From an uncultured Alphaproteobacteria bacterium (GTDB taxonomy: Bacteria > Pseudomonadota > Alphaproteobacteria > UBA7985), in the NCBI GenBank assembly GCA_905479265.1, contig CAJQLX010000006.1, positions 2,621 through 66,620 on the forward strand: a DNA stretch of 64,000 nucleotides. The letters run 5' to 3'. The position numbers and the translations under genes were made by a program. The notes below the pieces were generated by a model. It had not been told where the DNA came from. It worked only from the letters and a program-made list of their open reading frames with translations, and searched no databases. This document shows, one piece after another, positions 10,291 through 19,689 of the stretch. How positions within the stretch are numbered: the first letter of the stretch is position 1; the number at the start of each line of letters is the position of its first letter.

Positions 10291-11112
10291 GTGGCGCGTC
10301 TGTCGTTAGGATTTTGCTGGGCGTTTATCGCGATTTATGCCGTGTGTGGGTTGGGCGTCCTGCAGCCCACAGCGGCAAGCGCGCAGCAGCAAGATTTGTT
10401 TCGTTCAAGCATAAACTCGGCCCCCGTAACCAGTCTGCAGATGGCTGAGCTCGAGGCTTACACGGGCCAGTGGCGCGAGGGTGTTCCTGCCTCTCGGGTC
10501 AACGCTAAATCTCTGGAAATATTCCAGAATATTCCCTTCACGGGCTGGCTCAAAGCCAAGAACCATCGTGCTTTTGCCATTGGAACGCCGGCGTCCTGTC
10601 CCTATTCTTGGCGATCAACCGGCTACCCGACCGCAGAAATGGCGGCGGAAGAAGCGCTGCGTTACTGCACGGAAAAAGTTTTGCGGTTTAATCAGCATCA
10701 GACGGACCAGTGTGGCTGCAAACTGGCGATGGTGAACAATCAACTCTACGTCGATCCTCACGAGCTTGCTGTGCCGCGCATCGCGCCAGCGCTTTGGGAT
10801 TTTGGAAACGGTTCAATGGTGGCTGGCTTACTCGTCTACGAGCAAATTTTTGGCCGGAACAAGCCCGTGCAATTTATAGACTCCGGAGGGCAGCTGCGGT
10901 GCCAGGGTACCTATTCTGCCTCGGCCATGCTGATCGATAACTCATTCAAGGTGAATTGCGACTTTGCTGCCGGTGTCCTCAAGGGCAAAGTTGGCGTCAA
11001 GAATTTACAGAGCTTTAACCCCCACGGCGAAGCAGTCGTCAAAGACAATCAGGGTAATCAAATCAGGCTGGTGGTCGCTAAATCCATCCTTGATTACCTT
11101 GAGGGTAAATAG
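10291..11112 (+). CDS. Secreted hypothetical protein with Cys-containing DUF4189-like segment
   Basis: Hydrophobic N-terminus ending ASA-Q; HRAFAIG...W...AEEALRYC...CGCKL pattern. Confidence 0.65.
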   Translation: MARLSLGFCWAFIAIYAVCGLGVLQPTAASAQQQDLFRSSINSAPVTSLQMAELEAYTGQWREGVPASRVNAKSLEIFQNIPFTGWLKAKNHRAFAIGTPASCPYSWRSTGYPTAEMAAEEALRYCTEKVLRFNQHQTDQCGCKLAMVNNQLYVDPHELAVPRIAPALWDFGNGSMVAGLLVYEQIFGRNKPVQFIDSGGQLRCQGTYSASAMLIDNSFKVNCDFAAGVLKGKVGVKNLQSFNPHGEAVVKDNQGNQIRLVVAKSILDYLEGK

Positions 11113-11273
11113 CCCTCTCCTGAAGTCCATTAGCAGCCTTGCAATATAGGCAGTGTGGCTTGGGTTGATCTTCTCCTGTTGATCGCTCAAAAGCCCTGCA
11201 ACGCGGGGCTTGATCTTCCACCACTAGGCCTTGTCCTGCATTTGTCCGATTAGTGATCAAGAAGGACCGGACC

Positions 11274-12980
11274 ATGGCTTTTGAACGCGTCCCCGAACTT
11301 TACGCCGCACCAAACGAACGCATTGAGTTGCTTGAGAAGATCAAGGACATGCCGTCCATTGATCTGAACGAGCGCCAACTGTGCGACCTTGAACTGCTGA
11401 TGAACGGGGGCTTTGCGCCGCTGACCGGCTTTTTGGGGCAAGCGGACTATGATGGTGTTGTTGACAACATGCGACTGGCTTCCGGTGCACTGTGGCCCAT
11501 GCCAATTACGCTGGACATCACGGAAAAGGTCTCGGAGACCCTGACGCTCGGCGAGCAGGTGGTTCTGCGTGACCCTGAGGGTGTGCCTTTGGCTGTGATG
11601 GATGTCGAGGAGATGTTCACCCCAGACAAGGACAAGGAAGCGGAAATGGTATACGGCGCGAATGACCTCGCGCACCCTGCTGTCCGTTTCCTGCACAACC
11701 AAACGGGTAACGTGTACCTGGGCGGGGCCGTGACCGGTATTGATGAGCCCGTGCACTATGATTACCGCCAGCACCGTTACACCCCGAACGATTTGCGCCG
11801 CATGTTCCACAAGTGGGGCTGGCGTCGCGTGGTTGCTTTCCAAACCCGCAACCCGCTGCACCGCGCCCACGTTGAGCTGACCGTACGCGCCGCGCAACTG
11901 ACCGAAGCGAACCTGCTGATTCACCCGGTTGTGGGGATGACCAAGCCCGGTGATGTCGATCACTTCACACGCGTTCGGTGTTACGAAGCCGTGATGCGCC
12001 ACTACCCCGATCAAACAACCGCGATGGCGCTGTTGCATCTCGCCATGCGGATGGCGGGCCCACGCGAAGCCCTGTGGCACGCTTTGATCCGCAAGAACCA
12101 CGGCTGCACGCACTTCGTGGTTGGCCGGGATCATGCTGGACCGGGCAAAAACAGCCAGGGCGAAGACTTCTATGGCCCATATGACGCGCAGGAGATGGTG
12201 ACCCAGTATGCTGACGAAATCGGCATTGAGATGGTTCCCTTCCAGGCGATGGTCTACGTGCAGGAACGCGCGCAGTACGTGCCGATCAATGAAGTCAAAG
12301 ACGACGAGACCAAGCTGAACATTTCCGGTACCGAGTTGCGCCGTCGCTTGCGTGAAGGCTTGGATATCGACGAATGGTTCTCCTATCCCGACGTTGTTAA
12401 AGAACTTCGCAAGACACACCCACCGCGGGACAAGCAGGGCTTTACCCTGTTCTTCACCGGCCTTTCGGGCTCCGGTAAATCGACGATTGCCAACGCTGTT
12501 ATGGTGAAGTTGCTGGAGGCTGGTGGCCGCCCGGTAACGCTGCTGGACGGGGACTTGGTGCGGAAAAATCTGTCTAGCGAGCTGACGTTCTCCAAGGAAC
12601 ACCGCGACCTGAACATCCTGCGGATCGGCTACGTTGCCTCTGAGATTACCAAGAACGGCGGGATCGCGATTTGTGCGCCTATCGCGCCTTATGAATCCAC
12701 ACGTTCGCAAGTACGCGATTTGATTGAGCCTTTGGGTGGCTTTCTTGAGATCCACGTGGCCACAAGCATTGAGGTTTGTGAAGGACGGGATCGCAAGGGC
12801 CTCTACGCCAAGGCCCGTGCTGGTTTGATCAAGGAATTCACAGGGATTGATGATCCCTATGAGTCTCCTGAAAATCCAGAACTCAAGCTCGATACCGTTG
12901 ACATGAGCCCGGACGAGGCGGCTCACAAAATCCTTCTCAAATTGGAAAGCATGGGTCTGGTGTCGTCACACACGCGCTAA
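11274..12980 (+). CDS. sat/cysC: Bifunctional sulfate adenylyltransferase / adenylylsulfate kinase
   Basis: FQTRNPLHRAH, VGRDHAG (ATP sulfurylase) followed by FTGLSGSGKST P-loop, LLDGD, FTGIDDPYE (APS kinase). Confidence 0.96.
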   Translation: MAFERVPELYAAPNERIELLEKIKDMPSIDLNERQLCDLELLMNGGFAPLTGFLGQADYDGVVDNMRLASGALWPMPITLDITEKVSETLTLGEQVVLRDPEGVPLAVMDVEEMFTPDKDKEAEMVYGANDLAHPAVRFLHNQTGNVYLGGAVTGIDEPVHYDYRQHRYTPNDLRRMFHKWGWRRVVAFQTRNPLHRAHVELTVRAAQLTEANLLIHPVVGMTKPGDVDHFTRVRCYEAVMRHYPDQTTAMALLHLAMRMAGPREALWHALIRKNHGCTHFVVGRDHAGPGKNSQGEDFYGPYDAQEMVTQYADEIGIEMVPFQAMVYVQERAQYVPINEVKDDETKLNISGTELRRRLREGLDIDEWFSYPDVVKELRKTHPPRDKQGFTLFFTGLSGSGKSTIANAVMVKLLEAGGRPVTLLDGDLVRKNLSSELTFSKEHRDLNILRIGYVASEITKNGGIAICAPIAPYESTRSQVRDLIEPLGGFLEIHVATSIEVCEGRDRKGLYAKARAGLIKEFTGIDDPYESPENPELKLDTVDMSPDEAAHKILLKLESMGLVSSHTR

Positions 12981-13011
12981 GACGCCGCTTTTTCCAAGTT
13001 TGGAATTCAGG

Positions 13012-13043
13012 AAACCAGCACCTCAACGGGTGCTGGTTTTTTT
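13012..13043 (+). terminator. Intrinsic terminator after sat/cysC
   Basis: AAACCAGCACC/GGTGCTGGTTT stem followed by T-run. Confidence 0.85.
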
Positions 13044-13204
13044 GTTCTGTTTGGCTGGGTTAGGGGAATCTTCTCCCTCGGTCTGAATTTACAAATATTA
13101 CGCGACCAAAATCGGCTTTGGCCCAACTGCTGCTTCCCTCTTAGATCGTAATAAACATCTAACGCTCTCGCTTCCAAAGCGGGGCTCTGTGGAAGTGCTT
13201 AAGC

Positions 13205-13540
13205 ATGGTTCGTTGGTTGTGCATCTTGGTCAGCGCAAATGTGGTGTCAGCCTGCAGCGGCGAAGCGCGTCACTATCTTGTGTCCGCGCCAACCGTCGAG
13301 GTGGCCGTCGCCAACGGGGATGTGCGCCCCTTGGATGTCCGAGACGGCATTTTGTATCTGGAAGCCACGTGCGATGTCGAAGCCGATGCTGCCTGTGGCG
13401 TCACAGTCGCAGACTTGTGCCGTGGCGCGCCAGAGGTTTACGACCAGCAAAGCTTTCAGGACAGTGCGGCCAGTACACCACGAACCGTTTGGCTCGCGCG
13501 GTGCGAGCCTCGGGACGGCTCACAGACAACGGCTGGATAG
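13205..13540 (+). CDS. Putative small lipoprotein, hypothetical
   Basis: Short hydrophobic leader with lipobox-like VSA-C; four further Cys in mature part. Confidence 0.5.
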   Translation: MVRWLCILVSANVVSACSGEARHYLVSAPTVEVAVANGDVRPLDVRDGILYLEATCDVEADAACGVTVADLCRGAPEVYDQQSFQDSAASTPRTVWLARCEPRDGSQTTAG

Positions 13541-13738
13541 GCATCAAACGAGCGGTTTGCTGTTCCTATCCAGACGATGCAGCGGTGATCGAGCCCTTGG
13601 GCCGGGCTTGGTCACCGCTTTTTGCGCAATGATAAACATGGTTGCAAAGGGGCTTACCCCCTTTGATTGCGGCAAGGGCTGTATTGGTGTTGGAATGCTT
13701 TTGTCAGGGCCAACGATCATGGTGCACAGCGGGAGAAA

Positions 13739-13815
13739 TGGCCCGCCCTGCAGGAATCGAACCTGCAACCGTCCGCTTAGAAGGCGGGTGCTCTATCCAG
13801 TTGAGCTAAGGGCGG
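13739..13815 (-). tRNA. tRNA-Arg (anticodon TCT)
   Basis: Reverse complement CCGCCCTTAGCTCAACTGGATAGAGCACCCGCCTTCTAAGCGGACGGTTGCAGGTTCGATTCCTGCAGGGCGGGCCA: acceptor stem, D arm, TCT anticodon, GTTCGA T-loop, encoded CCA. Confidence 0.97.
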
Positions 13816-13880
13816 ATAAGCGCGTGAGTAGCATGGCCACCTGAGCCGCTCAATCATTTAACGGGCGAATGTGAGTGCGG

Positions 13881-16463
13881 CTAGCACAGTGCATCCATGA
13901 TGGGTTTCGCGTGGTCCCAATGATGCTTGAGTTGTTCTAAGCACGAAGCCAGCTCATTGGGGTTTTGCTCCAGCCGAGCGGCAACTTGGGACAGGGACAG
14001 TAGACCATAGCTGGCGGCGGATCCCTTAATCGCATGAGCCTCGCGACGGGCGTCTTCACTGCCGGCAATAGCCCGCTCCAGAACTGAAAGGCGATTGTCT
14101 ATTTCTTCGGAGAAAATGGCGACAGAGGCACCAAAAAACTCATCACCGAATGTCACCTTGAGCCGCTGCAGCGTGTCTTGATCGACGGACAAAGCCGGGG
14201 TGGGGGAGGTTGATGGTTCAATCAGAAGGTCTGGACCCTTCTGCTGATACAAGAGCGGCTTATTCTGTGGCTGGTAGGTTTCGATCGCGTAGAGCAAGTC
14301 CGCTTCGGTGAAGGGCTTGGCCAGCACTTGAGTGAAGCCATCGGCAAGATACTTCTCACGATCCCCCTTCATCACGTTCGCAGTGATCGCAATGATCGGG
14401 AGTGGATTAATCTTGGGATTGATTTCCTGTCTGGCGAGACGACCCGCCTGCTGCCGGGCAAGTGTCTCGGCCAGCGCTTCACGCCCATCCATTTCCGGCA
14501 TGGAAATATCGAAAAAGGCCATGTCATAGGGCATGGTTTCGAGCGCTCGCACTGCCTCCAACCCGTTTGAGACGAGATCCAATTGGTGCCCCGTCGGGGT
14601 CAGCATCGCACGGATCAGCAACTGATTAGAAGGGCTGTCGTCGGCAAACAACAGACGCAGCGAGTGCGCCGCGCGCATGGGGCCTCTTGGGCTGGACAAG
14701 CCGATGTTTGGCCGCGCAACGTTTTGGACATGTGCCGTCGCGAACGAGGCTTCAAACCAAAAAGTAGATCCCTTGCCAACGGTAGACTCTGCCCCCGTCT
14801 GCCCATTCATGGCGTTAGCAATCCGGCTGCATATATGCAGACCCAGACCCGTTCCGCCTTGACGCTTCTCCACCGACGCGCCGACCTGCTCAAACGGCTG
14901 AAACAAGCGCGCCTGCGCCTCTGGCGAGATGCCGGCACCCGTGTCCTCAACGGAAAAGCGGAGCGTTGCGCGGTTGCCGTTCGAGGCAGGGACGTGGGCG
15001 TGGGCCAAGCGGATGGTCACGCGTCCGTTTTCGGTGAACTTAATGGCGTTGGAAACAAAGTTGATCAGCACCTGTCGCAAGCGTCCAGCGTCCGCACGGA
15101 TGGCCTTTGGCAAATCAGGATCTAAGACACTTTCCAAAACGATGTTTTTGGCGCCAGCCGCATCATGAAAAAGCCGAACAACGTCGTAAACCATTTGCTG
15201 GAGAATCACGTCCTCTTCTTCCAGCGCTAATTTGCCCGCCTCCATTTTCGAAACATCAAGAATGTCGTTGAGCAGCATCAGCAGGTTACGGGCTGAGGTC
15301 TCGGCAACGGAAACGTATTCATGTTGCGTGTCGGTCAGGACGTCCCGTTGAATAAGGCCCAACATGCCCAGGATGGCGTTAAGCGGCGTGCGAATTTCAT
15401 GACTAACGGTGGCGAGAAATTCGGATTTCACAGCGTTGGCCGCTTCGGCTTCGTTCCGGGCAACGGTCAGGTCGCGTTCCTTTTCTGCCAGCTCCGAAAT
15501 ATCGACACGAACCCCGACCAACCAGCCATTGGGCAGCAAGCGATCGGTTGCTCGAATGGTTTTCCCATCTCGGAGCAAATGCTGGTTCGTGCGCGTTGTG
15601 CCCACCCAACCGTTTGGGGCGCTGATGGAGACCGCTTCGGGGATGTCCATGTTTCTGACAAAACCGGTTTGCCGCTCCAGCATCCAGACTTCTTCGATGT
15701 TCACGCCCGGCACGTACATTTCCGCAAGCTCACCATACAGCTGCCGATACCGTTCGTTGGTCACGATGATCCTATGCTGAGCATCGACAACAAACACGCC
15801 TTCACCCAAGGCGTCGACGGCGGCCAACATGAAATCGGTTTGATCGCGTTCAGCTTGAGAAGACAGGCGGACCAGCGCCGTCTGCAGTTCGTCTTCGCGC
15901 ACGCGGGTCATCCGCAGCGCTTGGGCCACCAGCATGCCGAAACGCTGCGCTGCTTTTAGCGAAACACCGTTGAACCCACCACGCGTCTTGCTGGTGCATA
16001 TGATAATGGTGGCGCCGATTTCCTGAGGAATGGGGATCGATAGGGTGGCGACAATATCTTCGCGAATAGCCTCCGATTGCCCCTTCCACTCGGACATTCC
16101 CGATATATCGAACACAGGGATCACAGCGCCGTGCTTCACCCGCTCGAAGTGGGGCGCCATATCGAAGGTTAACTGCGCGTATCGTTCGTTGGTCGAGGCA
16201 ACGGACCGCAAAGGTTCACCGCTAAAGGCGGCGCGTATGATGAAGGCTTCGTCAAATTCTATGCTCTGACGCAGCATGACCAGCGCGCGCGAGTAGACTT
16301 CCGAGGTTCTCTCTGCAAACCCTAAGTCACGCAAACTTTCGAGCAGAAACTCAGACTCAAGCCGCGTTTGACGCTCTCGCGCGGTTGCTTGTTCTAAAGC
16401 AACTAGAGCTTCGCGCAGTTGTTCTTCTAACCCGGTGTTTGGTGCCTTTAGATCCTGATTCAT
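13881..16463 (-). CDS. Cytoplasmic hybrid sensor histidine kinase (GAF-like, PAS, HisKA, HATPase, REC, Hpt); VpsS/NahK-like
   Basis: SHEIRTPLNAILG H-box, NFVSNAIKFT, DTGAGI, GGTGLGL, REC ADD...FFDISMPEMDG...KP, C-terminal AHAIKGSAASYG Hpt motif; no transmembrane segment seen. Confidence 0.93.
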   Translation of the reverse strand: MNQDLKAPNTGLEEQLREALVALEQATARERQTRLESEFLLESLRDLGFAERTSEVYSRALVMLRQSIEFDEAFIIRAAFSGEPLRSVASTNERYAQLTFDMAPHFERVKHGAVIPVFDISGMSEWKGQSEAIREDIVATLSIPIPQEIGATIIICTSKTRGGFNGVSLKAAQRFGMLVAQALRMTRVREDELQTALVRLSSQAERDQTDFMLAAVDALGEGVFVVDAQHRIIVTNERYRQLYGELAEMYVPGVNIEEVWMLERQTGFVRNMDIPEAVSISAPNGWVGTTRTNQHLLRDGKTIRATDRLLPNGWLVGVRVDISELAEKERDLTVARNEAEAANAVKSEFLATVSHEIRTPLNAILGMLGLIQRDVLTDTQHEYVSVAETSARNLLMLLNDILDVSKMEAGKLALEEEDVILQQMVYDVVRLFHDAAGAKNIVLESVLDPDLPKAIRADAGRLRQVLINFVSNAIKFTENGRVTIRLAHAHVPASNGNRATLRFSVEDTGAGISPEAQARLFQPFEQVGASVEKRQGGTGLGLHICSRIANAMNGQTGAESTVGKGSTFWFEASFATAHVQNVARPNIGLSSPRGPMRAAHSLRLLFADDSPSNQLLIRAMLTPTGHQLDLVSNGLEAVRALETMPYDMAFFDISMPEMDGREALAETLARQQAGRLARQEINPKINPLPIIAITANVMKGDREKYLADGFTQVLAKPFTEADLLYAIETYQPQNKPLLYQQKGPDLLIEPSTSPTPALSVDQDTLQRLKVTFGDEFFGASVAIFSEEIDNRLSVLERAIAGSEDARREAHAIKGSAASYGLLSLSQVAARLEQNPNELASCLEQLKHHWDHAKPIMDALC

Positions 16464-16481
16464 CGCACCAGCCTACCAAGT

Positions 16482-17660
16482 CTAGCCTCCAAAGACGACA
16501 ACGGAGATCATGAGGTTTCCATGGTGGTTTGACCCACCGATAAAACACCCTTGCTCACCAAAGGTGAAACTGCCCAGAAACGGCTTGTCGCCCAAGACTG
16601 ATCGCAGACCTTCGGCAACCTCGGGCATACGGTCCTGAACCGTCAGCATGCACCCGGCACAGTAGATCACCAGCGCGCCCGCGATGGACTCTTTTTCCAA
16701 GCGCGCCATCTCAAGCGCATTTTCCGCGACGCGCGCGGCGCGTTGAACAAGATTGTCTTCATCGCCTTCCATCAAAACAATCTCGTCGCCTGTTTCAATG
16801 TTTGAGAATAGGGCGAGTCCGCCGTCTGATGAGACCGCTTCGGGGTGCGAAAGCAGAAAGTAGTCGAACCCTGCGACAGCGTCACGGCGGCGGCCTAGGG
16901 GCGCGAGGGAGGTGCTTGCAATGACACTGCCGCCATCGGCGAGCGCGGATTCAATCCTGCCGCCGGTCCATTGATTGTAGACCTCAGCCCCCGGCTGCCC
17001 ATCGATCGCCAAAATCTGGCGTCCTTCACTGGACGTGACCCGACCTTTGGTCGCCGTCGGTCGGTAGCCCGAGTGGAAGGCATAACCAAGGGGCACAGAG
17101 GGGAACATAACGGTGAGGGCGATTCCTGTGTTCCACGATGTCTCGCGGTCAAACACGCGCCATTGCCCCGACACTGTGTTGTCAGCAGATGATCCGCCAC
17201 AGATCGGAACGCCCACGCCCATGGCGGCGTGAATGCTCGCGATGACCCGTTCTTCGATGCCCGGTGTCGCGGACAGCCAGATCATCTCCGGTGTCTCACC
17301 GGGCCTTTGCGTCTGTCCCAAGGCCTGAAATAGAGCCTGCTCAGCGGCGGCTTCAACGTCATCGCCCTCCACAGGAACGATGGCGGATCCATAAGCACCG
17401 TCTGGATCGGAGATGGCGATAACGCCAGCGCCCTTGGCGTTCCCAATAAACGCCGCTTCTTGTGTCATGACACCCAAGCACGAGGTGGCACCGTGAAATG
17501 GCACTGACCCGTCGAGGCTGCTTTGCAGGGCGCTGACATCGACCGATACCGAGGCTCCACACAGGATGAAAGACGGGGGTCCGTCCAGTTCAGCAAGTGC
17601 TTCTTTCAGTAAGCGATCAATGGTATCATCAGAGGATCCTCGACTTGCCACAGAAAACAT
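16482..17660 (-). CDS. FIST domain signal transduction protein (NosP-like)
   Basis: HGATSCLG, PGIEE, GGSSADN, IYCAGC, GSFTFGEQG, HGNLMISVVVF; directly upstream of the hybrid kinase. Confidence 0.9.
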   Translation of the reverse strand: MFSVASRGSSDDTIDRLLKEALAELDGPPSFILCGASVSVDVSALQSSLDGSVPFHGATSCLGVMTQEAAFIGNAKGAGVIAISDPDGAYGSAIVPVEGDDVEAAAEQALFQALGQTQRPGETPEMIWLSATPGIEERVIASIHAAMGVGVPICGGSSADNTVSGQWRVFDRETSWNTGIALTVMFPSVPLGYAFHSGYRPTATKGRVTSSEGRQILAIDGQPGAEVYNQWTGGRIESALADGGSVIASTSLAPLGRRRDAVAGFDYFLLSHPEAVSSDGGLALFSNIETGDEIVLMEGDEDNLVQRAARVAENALEMARLEKESIAGALVIYCAGCMLTVQDRMPEVAEGLRSVLGDKPFLGSFTFGEQGCFIGGSNHHGNLMISVVVFGG

Positions 17661-17744
17661 GAACGTTTCATCCCTTACAAGGTCGTGTGAGGCATTTGTG
17701 GCACCGTGGAAACCACGTGAACACCGTTGCAGAATTGTAGTTTA

Positions 17745-17760
17745 TGCACCTTTGTTGCCA
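17745..17760 (-). promoter_or_regulatory. Candidate sigma-54 (-24/-12) promoter for FIST-kinase operon
   Basis: Minus strand TGGCAACAAAGGTGCA: GG-N10-GC spacing, 2 mismatches to TGGCAC-N5-TTGCW, about 85 nt upstream of the FIST start. Confidence 0.5.
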
Positions 17761-18029
17761 ATACTCAAGATGGATTGTCCGGATTTAATGACGCGCTTTA
17801 GGTAAATCGCCATTCAATCGCGGATCGAGCATTTCGCCCTTTTCGCGCTAACTTAACAACGCCTCTCGACCTTTTTTTAAATGAATCATAAAATCAGGTG
17901 GGAAAGTTGATCGTTGGCGACCATATTACTGTGATGCGGTGAGTGGAGGCTTTTGCTGCCAACGCAATATTTTGAGTGGCGTTGTGGAATTTCGTTCGTA
18001 AGTCCTGAGTTGGAGCCAAGAATACAATC

Positions 18030-19481
18030 ATGCCGGTCAAACTGCTGATAATCGAAGATTCCCCGTCGATGTTGCACATGTACCAAGGGTTCTTGCAAAA
18101 AGAGCCCTTTGACATTGCGACGGCATCAACCGGGAAAGCCGGGCTCCGTATCCTGCGCGACCAGCGGCCTGAATTGTTGCTCTTGGACTTGAAACTGCCC
18201 GACATGGATGGGCAGCAGATCCTTGAGTTGATAACGGAAGAGGGGCTGGGGACCACCACGCTGGTTATGACCGCGCACGGGTCCATCAATATCGCTGTTG
18301 ATGCCATGCGATTGGGCGCTCATGACTTCCTCGTAAAGCCTTTCGCGCAAGAGCGTCTGCTTCAGACGCTCCACAACGCCCAGGAGTTGCGCCGCCTGAA
18401 AACGAAAGTAGCGGTGTATCAACAGCTCGACCGACCCTCTTATGACGAAATGATCGGAAGCTCGCTCGCCATGCAAGCGGTCTACAGGATCATCGATGCT
18501 GCAGCACCGACTGACGCTACGGTTTTTATCACCGGTGAGACCGGCACAGGTAAAGAGTTGGTGGCGCAGGCCGTTCATCGGGCATCACCGCGCAAGGATG
18601 GCAATATCACCGTGCTCAACTGTGCGGCGATCCCCAAAGATTTGATCGAGTCCGAGCTGTTTGGTCACGTCAAAGGCGCCTTCACGGGCGCCACTGCAGA
18701 CCGAGATGGCGCCGCGCAAATGGCGCACAACGGCACTTTGTTCCTCGATGAAATCGGTGAGATGGACATTGGGCTGCAAGCGAAACTCTTGCGGTTTTTG
18801 CAGTCTGGAACCTTCCAGCGTGTAGGGTCATCGCGACTGGAAAACTCCAATGCGCGTATCATCTGCGCGACGAACCGCGACGCGTGGGCCGATGTCCAGG
18901 CCGGACGGTTCCGCGAAGATCTGTATTACCGCTTGAACGTTATACCTATTCCATTGCCCGCATTGCGTGAACGAGGCGCGGACGTGGTTGAAATCGCCCA
19001 GCATTGCTTGCGCCAGTTTTCCCAGCGGGATGGCAAGTCATTTCAGGATTTTGATCAACACGTACACAGCCTGCTCATGAACTACAGCTGGCCGGGGAAC
19101 ATTCGACAGTTACAGAACGTCATCAGAAACATCGTGGTGCTCCACGATGCCCCACTGGTTTCGATGACCATGATGCCTCCCTTGGAGCAGGTGACAGCGC
19201 AACCGGATCAGATGGCCCCCATGAGTGTTGGCGCTGGTGTCTTACCACCATCGAATCGGTCAGCGTCATGGACGTCGCCATCGATAATTCAGCCTTCACC
19301 CATGCCTTTGCAAACCGCTGCGGCCCAAGACCTAACGGAAGGCGACTTGCGTCCCATGTGGATCATAGAACAAGAAATGATCGACCGCGCGCTAGAGCTG
19401 ACGGGTGGCAACGTAAATCGGGCCGCTTCATTGCTCGAAATCTCACCCTCCAGCGTTTATCGCAAACGGACAGGCAAGTAG
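18030..19481 (+). CDS. LuxO-like sigma-54-dependent response regulator (REC-AAA+-HTH)
   Basis: LLLDLKLPDMDG REC, MTAHGS, GETGTGKE Walker A, NCAAIPKDLIESELFGHVKGAFTGA, FLDEIG, WPGNIRQLQN, C-terminal Fis-type HTH; recalled as closely matching Vibrio LuxO. Confidence 0.9.
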   Translation: MPVKLLIIEDSPSMLHMYQGFLQKEPFDIATASTGKAGLRILRDQRPELLLLDLKLPDMDGQQILELITEEGLGTTTLVMTAHGSINIAVDAMRLGAHDFLVKPFAQERLLQTLHNAQELRRLKTKVAVYQQLDRPSYDEMIGSSLAMQAVYRIIDAAAPTDATVFITGETGTGKELVAQAVHRASPRKDGNITVLNCAAIPKDLIESELFGHVKGAFTGATADRDGAAQMAHNGTLFLDEIGEMDIGLQAKLLRFLQSGTFQRVGSSRLENSNARIICATNRDAWADVQAGRFREDLYYRLNVIPIPLPALRERGADVVEIAQHCLRQFSQRDGKSFQDFDQHVHSLLMNYSWPGNIRQLQNVIRNIVVLHDAPLVSMTMMPPLEQVTAQPDQMAPMSVGAGVLPPSNRSASWTSPSIIQPSPMPLQTAAAQDLTEGDLRPMWIIEQEMIDRALELTGGNVNRAASLLEISPSSVYRKRTGK

Positions 19482-19561
19482 CTCGCCGTTATATTTAGGT
19501 TGCGAATAAGTTCCGTTTCATTATGTGCTAAAAAATCCAGTTATTATGCGCCTTTGCCTGT

Positions 19562-19636
19562 GAATCATGGGGATGTGGTGCGTAAAAACCACTAAAGGTG
19601 TCATCGAATCATTGATTCGAGAATTTTGATGGAGTC
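19562..19636. promoter_or_regulatory. Cluster of four GANTC (CcrM) sites including inverted pair of TGATTCG motifs upstream of gcrA
   Basis: GANTC at 19562, 19606, 19614, 19632; TCGAATCA-T-TGATTCGA palindrome at 19604-19620. Confidence 0.6.
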
Positions 19637-19689
19637 GGTGCACTGCAGTAGGCAGGAACGATTGTAACAAATTAGAATGAGGAACGATC

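Noticed and set aside
11250..12926. 558-aa ORF antisense to sat/cysC
   Set aside because: Shadow frame of a strongly codon-biased gene; no motifs of its own
13739..13815. tRNA-Arg as integration site of a genomic island carrying the signalling locus
   Set aside because: No integrase and no duplicated tRNA 3' end seen; the locus lies on the tRNA 5' side
17699..17714. Plus-strand TGGCAC as sigma-54 promoter for the LuxO-like gene
   Set aside because: No GC at the -12 position
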